64,000 bases of DNA from a virus (lineage: Duplodnaviria; Caudoviricetes), in the IMG/VR virus record IMGVR_UViG_2934734009_000001, positions 16,834 to 80,833 of that record. The stretch is one strand, 5' to 3'. This document shows positions 60,878 through 64,000 of this stretch, in pieces. A program made the position numbers and the translations under genes. Each line of letters begins with the position of its first letter. Positions within the stretch are counted from its first letter, which is position 1. A model generated the notes under the pieces. It was not told the origin of the DNA and ran no database searches. It saw only the letters and a list, made by a program, of their open reading frames with translations.

Positions 60878-61102
60878 TCAGGCAGCGGCGGTGGCTCGGT
60901 CGGAGTCGACGTAGTCGCTGTTCATCCAGGCGTCGAGCTCGCTGATCTTGTACGCGTAGCGGCGGCGGCCGATCTGCTTGCCCTTCGGCCCGATCTCGTC
61001 CCGCCGCCAGCGGTAGAGCGTCACCACGTGGACGCCCATGTAGTCGGCCGCTCCTGCGCTCCAGAGCCAGCCCTTCGGCGGATCCTTTGGCGTGTTCGCC
61101 AC
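60878..61102 (-). CDS. xis: Excisionase / MerR-type HTH protein
   Basis: AADYMGVHVVTLYRWR...GP...IGRRRYAYKISELDAWM. Confidence 0.8.
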   Translation of the reverse strand: MANTPKDPPKGWLWSAGAADYMGVHVVTLYRWRRDEIGPKGKQIGRRRYAYKISELDAWMNSDYVDSDRATAAA

Positions 61103-61106
61103 TGAT

Positions 61107-61391
61107 TCACTCCTTACTCGGTCGATTCAGGTCATGGGGCATTCGTTTCAGGTTTGGAGACGGCGGCGGCGCGAAGAGGACGTTGATGGCGACCCCCACC
61201 GCCTCTGCAATCGCTATGGCGTCATCCACGTCGGCCGAGCGCTGCCGGCCGGTCAAGAGCTTCTCGACGACCCCCTGCCCGACCCCTGCTGCTTCCGCCA
61301 GGGATCGAACCGAGAAGGGGCCACCTCGGCCGGGGTTTGCCATGCAGTGCTTGAGGACCGGAATGCTGCGCAGGGACCAGCGTCGGCTCAC
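61107..61391 (-). CDS. Cro-like XRE HTH protein
   Basis: FSVRSLAEAAGVGQGVVEKLLTG...AIAIAEAVGV..LF; divergent from the repressor. Confidence 0.8.
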   Translation of the reverse strand: MSRRWSLRSIPVLKHCMANPGRGGPFSVRSLAEAAGVGQGVVEKLLTGRQRSADVDDAIAIAEAVGVAINVLFAPPPSPNLKRMPHDLNRPSKE

Positions 61392-61440
61392 GATTCCCCC
61401 GAGTGGTGCGGAACTGTTTGCCTAACAGAGTGAAGCATAG

Positions 61441-61536
61441 TGGAGACGTTTCGTCTAGAAACCTGAGACACCCAACCGGCGAGAACAGGCGAACCTCATG
61501 GCGGGATAGCGTCACCGCGTAGACGAACCGTCTCCA
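61441..61536. promoter_or_regulatory. Immunity operators
   Basis: TGGAGACGTTTCGTCTA (61441) and an inverted copy TAGACGAACCGTCTCCA (61520, one mismatch), each with an internal AGACG-N3-CGTCT palindrome, between cro and the repressor. Confidence 0.7.
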
Positions 61537-61635
61537 ATCCCGGATGGTTGTATGGACTGAGCTGGTACTTTTCCGAGTGCCAGCGACCATCTACCGAGAC
61601 AGCTGGGGCCTGAGTTGACCCGAAGGGAAGAGGAA

Positions 61636-62067
61636 ATGACGTCAGCGGCCACCGACCGGGAGACCGGGGCGGACGAGCCGAACCCCTCCGGAGCGCTCTC
61701 CGAGCTCATCCGCGAGGCAAACGTCCGGGGCCTCTCCTACCGCAAAATGGCAGCCCGAGCCGCCGACCCGGAGGGAGAACTCAAGCTCACCTCCGCCTAC
61801 CTGCAGCGACTCGTCGAGAACCCGCCGGTCAAGCCGCCCAACCCAGCGCAACTTCGCGCCATCGGCGCAGCGCTGGGGCTCAACGACTCCATCCCGAAAC
61901 GAGCAGCCGCCGAGCAGTGGCTTGAGTACGAAGCCACCGAACTCGCCGGCTACGGGGACGAGGTCCGCATCATCGTGGCCCACCTCGCAGGCATGAGCGA
62001 CCTGGACCTCAAGCGCTGGCGCGCCATGATCGAAGCGGATGAGCGCGCGCGGCGCGACGGGGCCTAG
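61636..62067 (+). CDS. Immunity repressor (XRE-like)
   Basis: LSELIREA...GLSYRKMAARA...LRAIGAALGL...AAAEQW; between cro and the integrase. Confidence 0.8.
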   Translation: MTSAATDRETGADEPNPSGALSELIREANVRGLSYRKMAARAADPEGELKLTSAYLQRLVENPPVKPPNPAQLRAIGAALGLNDSIPKRAAAEQWLEYEATELAGYGDEVRIIVAHLAGMSDLDLKRWRAMIEADERARRDGA

Positions 62068-62224
62068 CAGGCAAGGAGCGGCGGCAGACCCGAAGTCTGC
62101 AAGTCGCCCAGACTGACCATTTTCTGCAACTTAATGTCTCACTGCGCTCACGCGGCGTACCCTTTCACAACCGCGTGCGCCGGGCTCATTGCGCTCGCGC
62201 CGCACCACGCTAACGGGAGGGCGC

Positions 62225-62686
62225 ATGCTGCAGATCGTGTACGAAGCCACCACCGACATCGACGCCCAGCAGGTCGTCCAGATCCACGAGACCCGCGGCC
62301 AGATCACCATCAAGATCCACGCAGACGCCCCGGTCGACGAAGCCGCACAAGCCCTCACTCGCGAAGTACGCGACTTCCTCGCCAAGAACACCTGGTTCCA
62401 GATATGGCGCGGCCGGATCATCAGCGCCGACTCCCCGGACCACCCGCTCGCCGTGAAGTACGAAGTCGACGACCTCGTCGACTCGATGAAGGTCGTCGAG
62501 ATCAGGGAAACCTGCGGACTCGTCACCTACCACATGGCCCGCACCAGCAGCATCCCCCTGCTCGTCCACGCACTCAATCGGGCCCTGGAGTGCTTCCTGG
62601 CCGGCGGCCAGTGGTTCCAGTTCTGGGAGGGTGAGATCGTCACCATCGACTCCCCCGACCGCATCAAGGTCGGATCTGCCAGCTAG
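62225..62686 (+). CDS. Hypothetical protein with internal two-fold repeat
   Basis: GGGAGG RBS; halves end FLAKNTWFQIWRGRIISADSPD and FLAGGQWFQFWEGEIVTIDSPD. Confidence 0.75.
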   Translation: MLQIVYEATTDIDAQQVVQIHETRGQITIKIHADAPVDEAAQALTREVRDFLAKNTWFQIWRGRIISADSPDHPLAVKYEVDDLVDSMKVVEIRETCGLVTYHMARTSSIPLLVHALNRALECFLAGGQWFQFWEGEIVTIDSPDRIKVGSAS

Positions 62687-62695
62687 GGGGCCCTC

Positions 62696-64000
62696 GTGGC
62701 CGGATACGTGGAAGACCGCTGGTACAAGAAGGGGCCGTCCGACGCGAACGGGAAGGCCACCCGCGTCGAAACAGCCCGCTACGGGCAAGGAAAGCGCTAC
62801 AAGGTCACCGGCATCCCCGGAGTCAGGGCGCGCAGCTTCGAGCGCCTGACAGGTCCTCACGGCGCCAACGCGTGGCTCGCCAAAGCGCAGCACCAGGCCA
62901 CAGCCGGGGAATTCGTCGACCCCCGCCGCGGCGAGATGCTCCTGAAGGAGTACATCGAGCAGGAGTGGTGGCCGAACAAGGCCTACGACGACCCGGCGAC
63001 CAGCAATACCGTGCACAGCCGGATCTGGACACACGTCATCCCCCACCTCGGCTCTCTCCAGCTGAACGCGGTAAAGACGCCGCAGCTGAAGCGGTGGCTG
63101 ACGACCATGAGGGGGTTGGTCGGGCCCGGGACAACCAACGAGGCGTGGAACTACCTGGCGTCCATTCTTCAGGCCGCCGTGGACGACGAGCGGATCACGA
63201 AGAACTACTGCCGGGCGCAGAAGTCCGTTCGCCCGCCGGCCCGCCCTTCCCCGAAGCCGCGGGCGTGGGACAAGGCCCAGGTTCTGGCGGTGCGCGAGGC
63301 CATGGATTCGCGCTACCGGATCGCCGTCGACATCGGTGTGGGTGCCGGGCTCCGGGCAGGCGAGGTCTTCGGCCTGGCTGTCGAGGACATTGACGAGGAA
63401 GGCGAGCGGATCCTGGTCAGGCGGCAGATCAAGAAAATTGGATCGAAGCTCTGCTACGCCCTGCCGAAGGGGCAGAAGACGCGCGGCGTGCCAGTACCCA
63501 GCTACCTGCTGAAGCGAATCTCAGAGCATCTCGCTGTACGGCCGGCACAGATGGTCAGCCTGCCTTGGTCCAATCCTGCCCCGGGAGAGACCGACCGCGA
63601 GAAGGAGCTGCGTGCCCCCCGTGAGCATGCCCTGATCGTCCCAGGGGCAATGGGAGGCGGGATGCGCCGGGACGCCTGGGACACACGCATCTGGAAGCCG
63701 GCCCTTGCCGCGGCTGGCGTTATCCCTGCGGCCAAGGTGACGAAGGTGCCCATGAAGGCGAAGCCGGGCGCGCACAAGACGGTGCACGCCTACGTGGAGA
63801 GCCGCGAGAACGGCTTCCACGCGCTGCGCCACACCTTCGCCTCGGTGCAGCTGGACGCCCGTGAGCCGATCGTGGCAGTGTCGAGTTGGCTCGGCCACGA
63901 GAACGCGGCGATCACTCTGCGGATCTACGCGCACATGATGCCGGAGGCCGACGGGCGGGGAAGGTCCGCGATGCAGGCCTGGTTTGAGGGCTCCGCGTAA
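62696..64000 (+). CDS. int: Tyrosine integrase
   Basis: GLRAGEVFGL, FHALRHTFAS, WLGH and IYAH catalytic residues. Confidence 0.95.
   Translation: MAGYVEDRWYKKGPSDANGKATRVETARYGQGKRYKVTGIPGVRARSFERLTGPHGANAWLAKAQHQATAGEFVDPRRGEMLLKEYIEQEWWPNKAYDDPATSNTVHSRIWTHVIPHLGSLQLNAVKTPQLKRWLTTMRGLVGPGTTNEAWNYLASILQAAVDDERITKNYCRAQKSVRPPARPSPKPRAWDKAQVLAVREAMDSRYRIAVDIGVGAGLRAGEVFGLAVEDIDEEGERILVRRQIKKIGSKLCYALPKGQKTRGVPVPSYLLKRISEHLAVRPAQMVSLPWSNPAPGETDREKELRAPREHALIVPGAMGGGMRRDAWDTRIWKPALAAAGVIPAAKVTKVPMKAKPGAHKTVHAYVESRENGFHALRHTFASVQLDAREPIVAVSSWLGHENAAITLRIYAHMMPEADGRGRSAMQAWFEGSA

Larger units (their letters stand above)
1..64000. mobile_element. Temperate siphovirus prophage (actinobacterial, Streptomyces-like), incomplete at left end
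   Basis: Tail, head, terminase, portal, replication/recombination, Xis, Cro, repressor and tyrosine integrase genes all present. High GC and a WhiB gene point to an actinomycete host. Confidence 0.95.

Noticed and set aside
63900-64000. att site and prophage boundaries; lysis cassette
   Set aside because: The window ends at the integrase stop and begins inside a tail gene, so these lie outside; their absence is not evidence of a defective phage.

Overview
High-GC, Streptomyces-like temperate siphovirus prophage covering the whole window. The left end is cut inside a tail gene and the right end stops at the integrase stop codon, so lysis genes and att sites are outside. Layout: (1) tail and head genes on the minus strand (1-16.35 kb), including a GDPD-domain tail protein missing from the ORF track, a tape measure with M23 and lytic-transglycosylase domains, a frameshifted tail chaperone, capsid and scaffold; (2) a divergently transcribed packaging block (minor capsid, terS, HNH, terL, portal; 16.5-21.85 kb); (3) small accessory genes (21.85-27.3 kb); (4) a Streptomyces plasmid/AICE-type conjugation region inside the phage (27.3-40.1 kb): FtsK-like TraB, a clt-like repeat cluster just downstream, Spd-like membrane genes, an array of microproteins with two tRNA-like RNA elements, HIT/NDT/Nudix enzymes and a second Rep-like gene with palindromic iterons; (5) moron-like genes (40.2-42.7 kb); (6) a long leftward early operon (rep/loader, WhiB, AAA ATPase, RecE-like nuclease, beta-clamp-like protein, HNH, Xis, Cro); (7) repressor and tyrosine integrase. 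The best candidate for an undescribed system is an integrative prophage with its own TraB/clt hyphal-transfer module and second replicon, whose transfer operon carries armless tRNA-mimic RNAs. All product calls come from reading motifs by eye; no database searches were run.
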